Source: Takakia lepidozioides
Taxonomy: Eukaryota; Plantae; Bryophyta
Reading direction: 5' to 3'
Length of the DNA: 6,937 nt
Assembly (NCBI GenBank): GCA_030704615.1
Contig: JAKLZA010000094.1
Coordinates: 1 to 6,937 of the forward strand
Below the pieces are notes generated by a model. It was not told the origin of the DNA, searched no databases, and saw nothing but the letters and a program-made list of their open reading frames with translations. The position numbers and the translations under genes were made by a program. Numbering within the stretch: the stretch's first letter is position 1; each line of letters opens with the position of its first letter. Positions 6,204 through 6,937 of this stretch are shown here, one piece after another.

Positions 6204-6339
6204 CACTAGTGGTAAAATAACTTGACAAGGGCTTCAACCACATCCGTTCAATGGGTGCAATAGCCGTGCACGCATTGCAGGATTTTTTTTTCGCAATGAA
6301 CAAAAACCAGATGACAACTGAACGCCTCATTGGCCTATC

Positions 6340-6745
6340 GAACGAATTTCGATTGATATCATATTACACTGGGACCTATCAGAGGGTACATTGAACACAC
6401 TGGCCAAGTCTCAAAACGAACGAAAATCATTTGGATGGGCAACCATCCGTCGGCCCATTGAACAAATTTCGATTGATCTCATATTACTCTGGGGCCTCTT
6501 CCATGGCACATTGAACATACTGGCCAAGTCTCAAAGCGAACCAAAATCATCTCGATGGCCAACCATCCTTTGAGCCATTGAATGAATTTCGATTGATCTG
6601 ATATTAGTCCGGGACCTGTGAGAGGGTGTCTCGAACGTACTGGCAAAGTTTGGAAGCAAACAAAAATGATTTGGATGGGCAACCATCCGTTCACCCGTTG
6701 AATGTATTCCGCTGGATCTGCTATTGCTTTGGGACCTGTTGGACT
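6340..6745. repeat. Diverged 120-bp tandem repeat, about 3.4 copies, with degenerate flanking pieces near 6295-6339 and 6811-6870
   Basis: Units start at 6340, 6460, 6580 and 6700 and align without gaps (GATTGATCT.ATATTA...GGGACCT...GAAC..ACTGGC.AAGT...AAAATCATTTGGATGGGCAACCATCCGT). Confidence 0.92.
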
Positions 6746-6937
6746 GTGTTTCACGTACTCACGATTTTTTTTTCATTCGGTTTTTGAATGGGGTGTGTAA
6801 TGTAGCCATATGCAACGTGCGTGCCAAATTTGGGAGCAAACATAATTCATTTGGACCCAAAACCATAGTTTCTTCCCTGTTTTGCACTCCAAACTTGATT
6901 TTGTGTTCAACTTCATGCACTCTTCATAGAGAGTTAT

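Noticed and set aside
6391-6754. Coding 40-aa repeat protein in the 120-bp repeat
   Set aside because: Both ORFs are short, lie on opposite strands and stop within the repeat region, and show no protein-like conservation that I can recognise.

Overview
Eukaryotic, plant-like DNA; a non-seed land plant or streptophyte is my inference from intron style and protein family. Bases 1-5550 (+) hold one large spliced gene: 9 exons, 8 GT-AG introns, about 3780 coding nt (about 1260 aa), possibly starting upstream of the window. Many 1-bp indels break it, so the ORF track shows only fragments. Reassembled, it encodes an N-terminal ParB/Sulfiredoxin-like domain (MFYVW-DGNHR), an uncharacterised central region, a C-terminal beta-class N4C/N6A amino-DNA-methyltransferase-like domain (MILLDIPDG...WN, LLDDGGCVVVL, RILDLTCGT|GAS...RHVFAFEPD) and an acidic tail. 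This is a prokaryote/phage-type ParB-MTase architecture in an intron-containing gene. Intron 5 (2138-3201) is mostly a 10-copy, about 95-bp tandem array with two palindromes per unit and an A/B dimer structure. Downstream are short repeats, a hairpin-dense 433-bp segment with TG...CA inverted ends (5771-6203), a possible transposon terminus at about 6204-6211 and an indel-free 120-bp tandem repeat. All domain calls come from reading motifs by eye and need profile-search confirmation.
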